Part shown: piece after piece, positions 1 through 9,971 of the stretch
Layout: every line of letters starts with the position of its first letter
Numbering within the stretch: position 1 is the first letter of the stretch
Sequence record: SRR2962707_4449
Length of the DNA stretch: 38,581 nt
Strand: one strand, 5' to 3'
Made by a program: the position numbers and the translations under genes
The notes under the pieces: model-generated
Seen by the model: only the letters and a program-made list of their open reading frames with translations
The model's database searches: none
Told to the model about the DNA's origin: nothing

Positions 1-840
1 ATGAGAAGATTAAATTATGCACTATCGTGTGTGCTAGTGATGTTTCTAGCATTTGGTTTTTCCTCGTGTTCTACGGAGGATGAGCCACAAGTTGACGAGA
101 TTTCTGATGAAGTCTTAGCTCAATTTTCAGACCTTGGATTCGATGTGAGCGACATCCAAATGGTCAATCATTTTAACCCTTTAACAGGATTATCAAGTAA
201 GCAATATCAGCTGGAGGGCGATATCTTGGTTCCTGAGCAGCAGATGAGAGAGATGTTGGACAGTGACATTTTTCACATTGGAGCTATGGGTGAGCAGTAC
301 AGAACCAACAACCTAGTAAGCAATAATCAGACAATCCGTGTAATTGGGTATACCGGAGGGTCTAATGCACTGGACAACACAATGCGTACTGCATTATCAT
401 GGGCCATTGATAACTACAATGCGCTCAATATCGGACTTAACTTCACACTAACGTATGGTACCAACTACGGATCGTATGATATCGTAGTATATCGTGTTAG
501 TGGCGGAGGTGGAGGATCTGCCGGATTTCCGTCTGGTGGAAACCCATACAAGTTCGTGCAAATTCAGTCTGGAACCAGTAGCTACGGTACAAACACTACC
601 GAGCACGTGATTGGTCACGAAATCGGTCACTGTCTGGGCCTTCGTCACACTGATTATTTCAACCGTTCCCTTTCTTGTGGGTCCGGAGGAAATGAAGGTT
701 CAGGTGGCGTAGGTGCTGTTCACATCCCGGGAACACCTACTGGTTTCGATTCAAATTCACTTATGCTTAGCTGCTTCAGCGCTAACGAGGATGGTGAATT
801 TGGCTACTATGATCGTGTAGCACTTGAATACCTTTATTAA
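1..840 (+). CDS. M57-family (HEIGH) zinc metallopeptidase, probable lipoprotein
   Basis: Lipobox-like FSSC after a hydrophobic N-terminus; EGDI and QYRTNNLV motifs; HEIGHCLGLRH zinc motif. Confidence 0.85.
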   Translation: MRRLNYALSCVLVMFLAFGFSSCSTEDEPQVDEISDEVLAQFSDLGFDVSDIQMVNHFNPLTGLSSKQYQLEGDILVPEQQMREMLDSDIFHIGAMGEQYRTNNLVSNNQTIRVIGYTGGSNALDNTMRTALSWAIDNYNALNIGLNFTLTYGTNYGSYDIVVYRVSGGGGGSAGFPSGGNPYKFVQIQSGTSSYGTNTTEHVIGHEIGHCLGLRHTDYFNRSLSCGSGGNEGSGGVGAVHIPGTPTGFDSNSLMLSCFSANEDGEFGYYDRVALEYLY

Positions 841-861
841 TTGCAAATAATTGCCCTCACC

Positions 862-888
862 AAAAAGCCGGCTAACGTCGGCTTTTTT
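862..888. terminator. Bidirectional intrinsic terminator
   Basis: AAAAAGCCGGC-TAAC-GTCGGCTTTTTT between convergent genes. Confidence 0.85.
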
Positions 889-1346
889 TATTCAATTTTT
901 TGAATAGATTGTGTGGCGCCATTAAAACTAAACGCGTCTCCTGTTTTCTTTCCTTTCATCGCTTTTGCAATGGGTGCTTCATTTGAAATGGCGAAAATTT
1001 GTTGATCATTCACGCTAATCTGACCAATTGCAGAACTTATAAAGAAGATGGACATATCAGTAAAAACAATACATCCATGTTTAACCTCATCATGCGATTT
1101 ATCAGGATCAATTGATTCCAAGGTTGTCAATTGATCCGTATATATATCCAATTGCTTACCAAGCCGGTTTCTTTCTTGCATCATCATTTCACGCCCAGTC
1201 TCATACTTATCACCCATGCTGCTTTTGGTTTCAGCAATAGCTGACTCTCTGACGGCTTCTAATTCTTCTTTCAAACCTTCAATTTTTTGCTCCAGGTATG
1301 CTCTGCAAGTAGAGTGTACATCTGATTTTGTGATGTGTGTTGTCAT
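888..1346 (-). CDS. GreA/GreB-like elongation factor-domain protein (short Bacteroidota type)
   Basis: KSSMGDKYETGR coiled-coil tip and C-terminal IS..APIAKAMKGKKTGD; start probably ATG 1346 or 1358, not 1400. Confidence 0.7.
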   Translation of the reverse strand: MTTHITKSDVHSTCRAYLEQKIEGLKEELEAVRESAIAETKSSMGDKYETGREMMMQERNRLGKQLDIYTDQLTTLESIDPDKSHDEVKHGCIVFTDMSIFFISSAIGQISVNDQQIFAISNEAPIAKAMKGKKTGDAFSFNGATQSIQKIE

Positions 1347-1494
1347 ATCAACAAACATAACCGCTATCCTGCGATTATAATTCCTAAAACCCTGCTTCAA
1401 TGTCAGTCTCAGAAGAATGCAAGGTTTTAGTCAACAAAAGTCGGCTAAATGATGTTGAGACTGGTGAAAGAGCAATCAATCACATTCAAACCTA

Positions 1495-1881
1495 ATGATC
1501 TTCGATACTTCCTATTCCGACAAAGAAACAACCCGGCAAATAAATGAAGCGGTAGGTAAACCCTTTTCATGGAAACAACGATGGAAAATGGGTGGGATTG
1601 GATCTCGTAGAATGACCGTCAATGAGATAAGTGAAGAACTCAAACAATACATGAATGCGGAACATTACATTTCTACTGCAAGCATTGAATTGCGACCTCA
1701 CGGGATCATTATTCATTTTAGACATAAGCTGCAGGCCTATTCATGGGTTATGCCTTATAGCGAGTTAAAAATTGAATATGATCATTCTCTGCGATTGGAA
1801 AGCAAAGGAAAATTCATCCGTTTTGACGATCCTAATAATGAGCGATTCATCAATCGTATGATTGATTTCTCTAAAGCCTAA
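1495..1881 (+). CDS. Conserved hypothetical protein
   Basis: 128-aa ATG ORF (GKPFS..R.KMGGIGS, IELRP.GII..F); stop overlaps the ppk1 stop. Confidence 0.7.
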   Translation: MIFDTSYSDKETTRQINEAVGKPFSWKQRWKMGGIGSRRMTVNEISEELKQYMNAEHYISTASIELRPHGIIIHFRHKLQAYSWVMPYSELKIEYDHSLRLESKGKFIRFDDPNNERFINRMIDFSKA

Positions 1882-3977
1882 TCCAAAAGCCGCGCTTTCA
1901 TAATGATCTCCCGCTTCACCTTGTAAAACTCCTGGTGAATATCAAAAGGTGGCGCTCCATTCGGCGACAAGTGAACATATGAGCCGTCCTCCTTCATCTC
2001 GTACGTATTTACATTATCCTTCAGATTATAAGCTAAAATATTAATGGCTTGCTGCTTCAGCAAAGTATCTCGAATGATAAAGAGTGACTCCAGCCTTCTA
2101 TCAAACGAGCGAACCATCATATCTGCACTCCCGCAGTAAACTTTTGGATCACCTTCATTATGGAAATAGAAGATGCGTGAATGCTCCAGATACTCACCAA
2201 CTATGGACCGAACGGTGATATTCTCACTAAGTCCCGGCCTTCCGGGGCGCAAACAGCAGATGCCACGAACAATTAGTTTGATTGGCACTCCAGCTTTAGA
2301 GGCCTCATATAATGCTAAAATCGCATCCTTGTCCTGAAGTGAGTTGAGTTTAATCACAATACCACTGGGTTTACCAGCTACCGCGTTTTCACGTTCCTTA
2401 TTGATTAATGCTATCAATTCGCGTCGCATTTGAGTGGGCGCTGTGATTAGGTTATCATAATCCTCCGGCACAGAATGTCCAGTGATAACATTGAAAAACT
2501 CCTGTACATCGTTGGCATAAGACTCATCTGAGGTAAGTAAACTCATGTCTGTGTAGAGCTTTGCGGTAGCTTCATTGTAATTCCCACTACTCATGTGCAC
2601 GAAGCGATTTACCCTCTCTTTTTCCTTTCGGACAATCAAAAGCAACTTCGTATGGGTTTTCAAAGACCCAACTCCATATATGACAAAGCATCCTGCTTTT
2701 TGAAGCTTCTGAGCCTGCTTCATGTTATTTTCTTCGTCAAAACGGGCTTTCACTTCAAAGAGGACGGATACGTGCTTTCCGTTCTCAGCAGCTCGTAATA
2801 ATGCCTCAACGATTCGACTATTTTTAGCCAACCGATAAATCGTCAACTTAATAGAAAGCACGTGCGGGTCATCAGCTGCTTGCTCTAGCAAATCCAATAA
2901 TGGCTCGATGGTATTATAGGGATGATGCAACAGGATATCACGATCCTTTAGGATTTTAAACATATCCTGATGCTCTACATCCGTCATACTGACCGGTGGT
3001 ACCGGTTTCGGTCGAACCGGCAAAAAAGATCGAAATTCTTCGTGGTTCACAATCTGCCAAAGACAAGTGAAATCAATCAGAGATCCTTCCGGAGTAATTT
3101 TAATGTTTTCATTTCCAATCTCATATCGCTTCTTCAGTTGCTTGATCAGCCAGGGGTCTCCACCCTCCTCTACCTCCATCCTCACAACTCTTCCAGTCTT
3201 CCGGGTGCGGAGCTTCTTTTTCATCTCTTCCAGGAAATTTGCCTCTATATCCTCAGACTCTTCCAGGGTAAAATCCCCATTCCTTGTTACCCGGAAAAGT
3301 GAGCTGGAAATAATATCTACACTTTTAAATACTCGATCAAAGTGCTGTTGAACAATACGCTCAATTGGAACAAAGATTACTTTCTCTTTCTCAGTGATCT
3401 CAAAAAAACGCGGGAGGTTTTGAGGCAACTGAATGAACGACATCTTTTTCTTTTCTTTCGAACGTAATGCTTTGGTCACTACCCCAAAAATCAGGATGTT
3501 ATTCATCAGTATCGGAAACGAATGATATGGATCAAAAACCATCGGGGTAAGCATTGGAAAGATGGTCTTCTCGAAGTATTTACTAGCCGCTTTCTTTTGT
3601 TTATCCGAGAGCTCTTCAAAGCCTTTTATTTCGAAATTATGTTTCTTAAAAGAAGGCTTTAAATCCAGAAAAAGCTGGTTTTGCTGTTTTCCAAATTCTT
3701 TAAGCCCAGCGAGAAGTTCATTTTTAAATGGCACTGCGTGCAGACCTGAATAGTCGATGCGACTATTGCCATAATCCAGGTAATTATATAAACTCCCTAC
3801 CCTGATCATATTAAACTCATCCCCGTTACTGGAAGTAATGGCAAGAAATTTCAGTTTTTCGAAAAGGTTTCGCTTTTCTTTCCTTGCCTGATCCAATACG
3901 CGGTGGTTGAATTGTAGCCAGCTTAAATCGCGGCTAATAAGATCACTTTTACTTATAAGGTCCTGGGTATTCTGCAT
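1878..3977 (-). CDS. ppk1: Polyphosphate kinase 1
   Basis: RDLSWLQFNHRVL, LLHHPY, EVKARFDEENN, KTHTK, SIVGEYLEHSR; start set at ATG 3977 because the longer ORF runs into the mdh terminator. Confidence 0.95.
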   Translation of the reverse strand: MQNTQDLISKSDLISRDLSWLQFNHRVLDQARKEKRNLFEKLKFLAITSSNGDEFNMIRVGSLYNYLDYGNSRIDYSGLHAVPFKNELLAGLKEFGKQQNQLFLDLKPSFKKHNFEIKGFEELSDKQKKAASKYFEKTIFPMLTPMVFDPYHSFPILMNNILIFGVVTKALRSKEKKKMSFIQLPQNLPRFFEITEKEKVIFVPIERIVQQHFDRVFKSVDIISSSLFRVTRNGDFTLEESEDIEANFLEEMKKKLRTRKTGRVVRMEVEEGGDPWLIKQLKKRYEIGNENIKITPEGSLIDFTCLWQIVNHEEFRSFLPVRPKPVPPVSMTDVEHQDMFKILKDRDILLHHPYNTIEPLLDLLEQAADDPHVLSIKLTIYRLAKNSRIVEALLRAAENGKHVSVLFEVKARFDEENNMKQAQKLQKAGCFVIYGVGSLKTHTKLLLIVRKEKERVNRFVHMSSGNYNEATAKLYTDMSLLTSDESYANDVQEFFNVITGHSVPEDYDNLITAPTQMRRELIALINKERENAVAGKPSGIVIKLNSLQDKDAILALYEASKAGVPIKLIVRGICCLRPGRPGLSENITVRSIVGEYLEHSRIFYFHNEGDPKVYCGSADMMVRSFDRRLESLFIIRDTLLKQQAINILAYNLKDNVNTYEMKEDGSYVHLSPNGAPPFDIHQEFYKVKREIIMKARLLD

Positions 3978-3991
3978 ACATCGGGGTGTCA

Positions 3992-4031
3992 AACAAAAAT
4001 AAGCCTGTCCCACGAGATGTGAAACAGGCTC
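3992..4031 (-). terminator. Intrinsic terminator of mdh
   Basis: Minus strand AGCCTGTTTCAC-ATCTC-GTGGGACAGGCT followed by TATTTTTGTTT. Confidence 0.8.
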
Positions 4032-4054
4032 ATATTATCATTTTTAAATATTTA

Positions 4055-4993
4055 TCAGATGATATTCATCTCAGAAAGTACGCCATTGGTTTTGCTCACC
4101 GCGGCAGCACTTTCTTCTAGTTTAGCTTTTTCCGCATCATCGAGTTCGATCTCAACAATCTGCTCCACTCCATTTCGTCCGATGATAGCAGGCACTCCTA
4201 TTGAAAGATCGTTAAGTCCATATTCGCCCTCCAGCATACATGAGCAAGGGAACATTTTCTTAGTATCACACGCAATCGCCTGAACCATGGCTGAAACTGC
4301 TGCTCCGGGTGCATACCATGCAGAAGTGCCCAAAAGCTTAGTGAGTGTAGCGCCTCCAACTTTGGTTTCTTCTAACACATAATTGAGCTTGTCTTCACTC
4401 AAGAATTTAGAAACAGGAACGCTATTTCTGGTTGCCAGCCTGGTCAATGGGATCATACCCGTATCGCTATGTCCACCGATCACCATACCATCTACATCTG
4501 ATGCCGGACAATCCAATGCCTCTGAAAGTCTGTATTTGAACCTGGCAGAATCCAACGCCCCACCCATTCCGATAATTCGATGCTTAGGAAGGCCAAGTGC
4601 TTTGTGTGCCAGATACGTCATGGTATCCATTGGGTTTGATACAACAATAATGATAACATCCGGAGAATGTTTGATGAGGTTTTCTGCAACTGATTTTACA
4701 ATTCCAGCATTTGTCGAAATCAACTCTTCACGAGTCATTCCGGGCTTTCGCGGAATACCTGAAGTAATAACAGCAATATCACTTCCTGCTGTCTTCGAGT
4801 AGTCGTTGGTTGTTCCTGTGATTTTTGTATCAAAACCATTAAGTGATGCTGTCTGCATCAGGTCCATAGCTTTACCTTCAGCAAAGCCTTCTTTGATATC
4901 AATAAGTACAACTTCTGCTGCAAAATCTTTGATTGCGATGTATTCAGCGCAACTCGCGCCAACGGCTCCAGCGCCTACTACAGTTACCTTCAT
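4055..4993 (-). CDS. mdh: Malate dehydrogenase (LDH-like)
   Basis: GAGAVG, PRKPGMTREEL, VSNPMD, LDSARF, GGHSD, SAWYAP. Confidence 0.95.
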   Translation of the reverse strand: MKVTVVGAGAVGASCAEYIAIKDFAAEVVLIDIKEGFAEGKAMDLMQTASLNGFDTKITGTTNDYSKTAGSDIAVITSGIPRKPGMTREELISTNAGIVKSVAENLIKHSPDVIIIVVSNPMDTMTYLAHKALGLPKHRIIGMGGALDSARFKYRLSEALDCPASDVDGMVIGGHSDTGMIPLTRLATRNSVPVSKFLSEDKLNYVLEETKVGGATLTKLLGTSAWYAPGAAVSAMVQAIACDTKKMFPCSCMLEGEYGLNDLSIGVPAIIGRNGVEQIVEIELDDAEKAKLEESAAAVSKTNGVLSEMNII

Positions 4994-5035
4994 GATCTAT
5001 TTTATTTATATGAATTGAGATTGATTTTTCAAGCG

Positions 5036-5043
5036 CAAAAGTA
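5036..5043 (-). promoter_or_regulatory. Bacteroidota -7 promoter element of mdh
   Basis: TACTTTTG matches TAnnTTTG about 40 nt upstream of the mdh ATG. Confidence 0.7.
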
Positions 5044-5089
5044 GTGATTTAGATGGAGAAATTTGTTTGAAAACGTTTTGCTTAACATC

Positions 5090-8000
5090 TCATTCCTTTA
5101 CAATTTTTCCCTCATAAACGTCTCCTCCAATCACCTCCACGCGGATAAGGTATTGACCCTGCTTGAAATCGGAAATATTTAATGTCTCTGAGCCCTTGTC
5201 AAACGACCTTCTGAGTTTGCCTTCCAGGTCATAGAACCGTACGCTACGTATTAGTTCGGGACCTAGTCCTCTTAAATGAATTATATCCTGTGAAGGATTA
5301 GGATAAGCCAGTACCTGCCTAATATCCAATTTAGAATTTACCCTGATTACAGGTGAATGTTCAAATGAACCATCCACATCTACCATTCTCAGTCGGTAAT
5401 AATGAATACCTGCATCCACATTCATATCTACAAATGCATAGTCATGTTTGCGATTTGTATTTCCATTAGAGGCCACACTACCAATGGCATCAAATTTTTC
5501 TCCTTCTTCACTTCTTTCAATCAGAAAATAATCTGAGTTAACCTCCGTGAGCGTAGACCAGGAAAGCCGAATATCCCTATTCTCCGCTCTTCCCTTAAAA
5601 TCAATTAATTCCACTGGAAGTGGGTTGGCTTCCGCATCTGTAGAGTAAATAGAAAAATCACTAAAACTGGAAGTCTGACCTGTCACAGTAAAAGGGTCTG
5701 ATCCTGAGGCCCCCACATGTGTTAATTCCAACCAATCTGTTCCATCAAAACGAAGCACTCCTAAAGTAGAAGGATCAGCAGACTCATCACTACCTTCAAT
5801 CTGAAGTTCCACATCCGTTGTTCCCGGTGTTCCACTGATTACATCAATACCCCAATATCGGGTAGTCAGTGTGCTTTCTATATTTCCTGCAAGTTGGCTA
5901 CTAGCTGTTCCATGCAAATCTCGCATGTCACCAAAAGTACCTCCTCCTATGGGAGCGGACTCTCCAATATGCGATACTTCAAAAGTGGTTGCATTAGTAG
6001 GGGTTAACCCTACCGGGCGATAGGCTCCTTCGTCACCTGCCGGAAAAGTAAATAGTGTCGCAGCTCCAACCAATACTTCCATTTTACCCTCTACATGGTT
6101 GCTTGTCCCAAACGTTCCACTAATTGGATTGTTCAGGGTTAATGATGGGTCATCGTCCTTATTTCCATCATCCAAATCAATATCAAGGATGCCATTTGTT
6201 AAAGTCAAAGTATTATTGATCTCAAGGCTAGCCAAAACTGTTAATTGGCCTCCATTCAATGTTACATCATCAATGGTGGTGCCTGCCTCCGGATCGATGG
6301 CTATATTTTTACTTACCGTCAAGAACTCTGCGTAATCATCCTGAAGGATCGTCACTGTCCCGCCAGCATTCACAAGATCATGCCCTTCCTGCACCCGATC
6401 GCCGATGGTTTGTGAACTGAGAGGTCCGACAATTAATCCATCAAAATCACCTTGAAATCCAGGGGTTACCAGATCGGTATCTGTACCTGACGATAACCAG
6501 GGAGTAAAGTCATTATTTGAACCAACCAAAGATTGAATGGTGGCCTCATCTATCGTATTAAAATAATTTCCGGAAAGGTTTATGCCGGATGTCTCAGCAA
6601 TAAACCCATTTCCGTTTTGATCCAAATTGCTATCCGAAATAGTCAGACTGCCTCCGGAAAAAACACCGAGACCTGCCGTGTAATAGAAGCTTGGAATATC
6701 CTCAACCCCTGACAAGGTAGCTGGATTGGTTATAAATGAGTTGGAAACCGTCGCACTAGCGCCCTCTCTTACAATTACACTGAATCCGGCATTACCTCCT
6801 GCTGCAGTCGGATCAAATCCATTTCCTGTTATAGATGATTGGGAGATTGAAGCTACTGCATCTCCTCCTCTGACATAAATGCCTCTGTTTTCATTATCGT
6901 GAATATTGCAATTAATGATCGTTGCATCAATGCCGGCCCCATCAGACGAAGATGGAAAATCACCCACGACGATCCCTGAGTAGTTTGAGAGATCGTTGTT
7001 TACACCAGAAACATCAAGATTATTCATGGTAATGGTTAGATCATCGGTGGCTGTACCACCAGCTGTAAATACATAAACGGCTGTCTCTGTGTCAATATTG
7101 GTTACATCTGAATCAGTGGCAAATCCAGACATGGTCACATTTTGAATCGTTAATGATGATGGGTAGAAACCACCCACTCCATCTGTATTTGAAGGAATGA
7201 TCCCTGTCATACAACCAGTAAATGCTCCACCGTCAATAACGGCTTCCACACTCGACTGAAGGCCATAGGTGGATATCCCCAATGATGCATTTGAGATGTC
7301 ATTGTTGTTAAGGTCCAAATCCAGATCACCTGAGGTTAAAAATGCAGCTATGCCAATGCTTCCGTCAGTCGGACTGGTGGCGTCTTCTATGGCAAGCATT
7401 GAAATCACATTATCAGTAACACTTATGGTCCCGGTGCTCGCATTACCTACCACCAAACCGACGCTATTGGTGTAAACCACATTATTCTGAATAGATATTC
7501 CGGTATTGCCGGAAGCTACTACCCCGTTGGTTATGCTCGAGGTGGATGCATCGGTTCCGAGTTGAATGCCATCTATGGTCACTGTATCGGTGGTGATAGT
7601 AACTCCTACTCCTGAAACATCATTAATAGTTTCGGCTCCTCTTACACCATTTCCCGCAATTCCCACATTTGCTCCTTCGAGGGTAACAGGTGATGAGATA
7701 GTTAAATTTTCAGAATAGCTGCCTGCGGCAACAATGACCTGACCATTTTCCACTGCTATGTCCAGGCCAGATTGAATAAGCTGCTTTGGATCCGACTGCC
7801 GACCAAAGCCCGTATCATCAGGGGCAGAAGCATCTACATAGATAATTCCATTCTCGGCACCCAGAGACGCAAGTCCTCTTCGAAAATCAGCAACATCATC
7901 ATCCGTATCCTCACCCAAAGGAACCCTGAAGATAGCCTCATCAGCGATGCTTGTTGAGGCTCCACCAGTAACAGTGCCATCAGGAGCACCATCACCTGCA

Positions 8001-9547
8001 CCATCCCCCTCCTCATCATCTCCGATTTCCACATCATCAACGAGTGTGCCGTAAGGATCTGTCAAGGTTATATAAACATCGTTGTTTATTTCTTCAGTGC
8101 TAACCGGATTCCCCAAAATCAGATAGTCGCCAGCCACTGTATTATTAAAGCTTCCACTTCCGACATATACTGACTCAGTGAATGCACCTGAACTAGTTAA
8201 ATCACCACTAAAGTCAGTACCGTCAATGACGGCAATATTCCATTTTATCAAATTAAGACCTGAGGTTCCAATGTAAAGTTCTATCCACTCATCCGTAGAA
8301 CCGATACTTCCTCCGGGAGCTGGATCGGTAAAGCCACTAGCGCTCCAATCTTGCCGAGGCGACACCACAATTTCATTAATCAATACAATTCCCTGAGGGG
8401 AGTTATTGGCTCCAAGTGTGGCTCGTGTCTGTACAAAATCATCAGCCTCCACATCTGTATCCTGTCCATTGGGTATGCGGCAGACTGATTCGTCATCTGC
8501 ATCATTTGCATTGCCTGTAAACATGGTCCCGCTACCTAATGCAATCTCAACCTGATCGACAAGATTGTTATAGGCATCCCTTAAAACGATGGTCACCGAC
8601 TGGTTAATAGCTCCGGTGGTCATTGTTCCCAAAACCAGATAATCACCTGCGTCTGTATCAGAAAAAGTTCCACCAGTTTGTGAAATATAGTTTACAACCT
8701 GAAACGCTCCCCCAACTTCAAGTGAACCAGATTCATCCGTCCCGTCATTTAATTCTATCGTCCATTTGGTTAGGTTGAGTCCAGCATCTTCTATATAAAG
8801 CTCCACCCAGTCATCATCCGAATCAATTGTACCTCCTCCATCGCTTCCATCAAATCCATTGGTACTCCAATCTTGCTGAGGATCCACGATTGCTTCGTTT
8901 ATTAGTACTATTCCCGTAGGGGAATTATCGGTACCTAACGTCGACTGGGTCAACACAAAATCATCTAGCTCCACATCAGTATCCTGACCGTTTGGAATAC
9001 GGCAAACAGCTTCATCAGCTATTCCGGTGGATGCCCCGGTAAAAAATGTCCCGGAACCCGTAGCTATTTCTACCTGATCAACAACTGCCATGGTATTGTC
9101 TCTAAGAATGACAGTGATTGTGGCATCCATCGAGCCCGAGGTAGGCTGGCCCAATACTATATAATCTCCTGCATCTGTATCAACGAACGTTCCACCCGTT
9201 GCAGAAATGTAATTCATGGTGACAAAAGCACCCCCGGCATCAATAAGTCCTGATTCATCCGTTCCATCGTTCAGTTCGATCGTCCACCCTGTGAGGTTTG
9301 CCCCATTGGCGGTGACATACAATTCAATCCACTCGTCATTTGTATCAATGAGTCCCAATCCATCTGATCCATCAAATGCATTGGTGCTCCAATCCACTTG
9401 CGGATCAGTAACTACTTCATTAATTAATACTTGGGCGTGCAGCCCAAAGGATATTATGAATAAAAAGAGGATGCAGAGACTTCTCCTGGGAAAAGAAAAG
9501 AGAATTTGATCCACTACGACAAGGTGAAATTGCGTTCGTGAGTTCAT
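5090..9547 (-). CDS. Large acidic T9SS-secreted protein: 3 lamin-tail-like repeats, beta-helix region, type A C-terminal sorting domain
   Basis: Signal peptide; three VLINE...EWIELY repeats; IYVDA...IQSGLD beta-helix start; PLPVELIDF and YPNP...GQYLIRV...KIVKE tail. Confidence 0.85.
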   Translation of the reverse strand: MNSRTQFHLVVVDQILFSFPRRSLCILFLFIISFGLHAQVLINEVVTDPQVDWSTNAFDGSDGLGLIDTNDEWIELYVTANGANLTGWTIELNDGTDESGLIDAGGAFVTMNYISATGGTFVDTDAGDYIVLGQPTSGSMDATITVILRDNTMAVVDQVEIATGSGTFFTGASTGIADEAVCRIPNGQDTDVELDDFVLTQSTLGTDNSPTGIVLINEAIVDPQQDWSTNGFDGSDGGGTIDSDDDWVELYIEDAGLNLTKWTIELNDGTDESGSLEVGGAFQVVNYISQTGGTFSDTDAGDYLVLGTMTTGAINQSVTIVLRDAYNNLVDQVEIALGSGTMFTGNANDADDESVCRIPNGQDTDVEADDFVQTRATLGANNSPQGIVLINEIVVSPRQDWSASGFTDPAPGGSIGSTDEWIELYIGTSGLNLIKWNIAVIDGTDFSGDLTSSGAFTESVYVGSGSFNNTVAGDYLILGNPVSTEEINNDVYITLTDPYGTLVDDVEIGDDEEGDGAGDGAPDGTVTGGASTSIADEAIFRVPLGEDTDDDVADFRRGLASLGAENGIIYVDASAPDDTGFGRQSDPKQLIQSGLDIAVENGQVIVAAGSYSENLTISSPVTLEGANVGIAGNGVRGAETINDVSGVGVTITTDTVTIDGIQLGTDASTSSITNGVVASGNTGISIQNNVVYTNSVGLVVGNASTGTISVTDNVISMLAIEDATSPTDGSIGIAAFLTSGDLDLDLNNNDISNASLGISTYGLQSSVEAVIDGGAFTGCMTGIIPSNTDGVGGFYPSSLTIQNVTMSGFATDSDVTNIDTETAVYVFTAGGTATDDLTITMNNLDVSGVNNDLSNYSGIVVGDFPSSSDGAGIDATIINCNIHDNENRGIYVRGGDAVASISQSSITGNGFDPTAAGGNAGFSVIVREGASATVSNSFITNPATLSGVEDIPSFYYTAGLGVFSGGSLTISDSNLDQNGNGFIAETSGINLSGNYFNTIDEATIQSLVGSNNDFTPWLSSGTDTDLVTPGFQGDFDGLIVGPLSSQTIGDRVQEGHDLVNAGGTVTILQDDYAEFLTVSKNIAIDPEAGTTIDDVTLNGGQLTVLASLEINNTLTLTNGILDIDLDDGNKDDDPSLTLNNPISGTFGTSNHVEGKMEVLVGAATLFTFPAGDEGAYRPVGLTPTNATTFEVSHIGESAPIGGGTFGDMRDLHGTASSQLAGNIESTLTTRYWGIDVISGTPGTTDVELQIEGSDESADPSTLGVLRFDGTDWLELTHVGASGSDPFTVTGQTSSFSDFSIYSTDAEANPLPVELIDFKGRAENRDIRLSWSTLTEVNSDYFLIERSEEGEKFDAIGSVASNGNTNRKHDYAFVDMNVDAGIHYYRLRMVDVDGSFEHSPVIRVNSKLDIRQVLAYPNPSQDIIHLRGLGPELIRSVRFYDLEGKLRRSFDKGSETLNISDFKQGQYLIRVEVIGGDVYEGKIVKE
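7850..9433 (-). repeat. Three tandem ~174-180 aa intragenic domain repeats
   Basis: VLINE starts at 9430, 8908 and 8386 (522-nt period); shared DWS, (E/D)W(I/V)ELY and R(I/V)P.G.DTD...DF. Confidence 0.9.
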
Positions 9548-9971
9548 AGCCGGGTGATTTATAGACAGTTAAATTACTGAAAATCAGATAGAATTACTAT
9601 CAGTCAAAGGTTATGATTCTGTTAACGGCTGGAAAGAGTTGTATCAGCGCCATTAAACCAAGAATCATCTAGCTACATAATTTTAACTAGTAATAGTTGC
9701 TAAAGCAAATATACATATCCATAAAATATGCCTGCTGATATAAATTATTGTACGTGAAATATTCTGAATATTTTGATTAAAATCCTATATTCAATATTAT
9801 ATACTGACTATTTTAATATTTAAATCTATTATACTGCCTATACTAATTTTATTGAAATAATTAACTAAATATTGAAACATAAACAATCTATGATACGTAA
9901 GATATAGTATGTATTTGTAAATGCAACTAAACAAATAGTTACATATGTTTCACCTTTAAATTTGAAAACCT

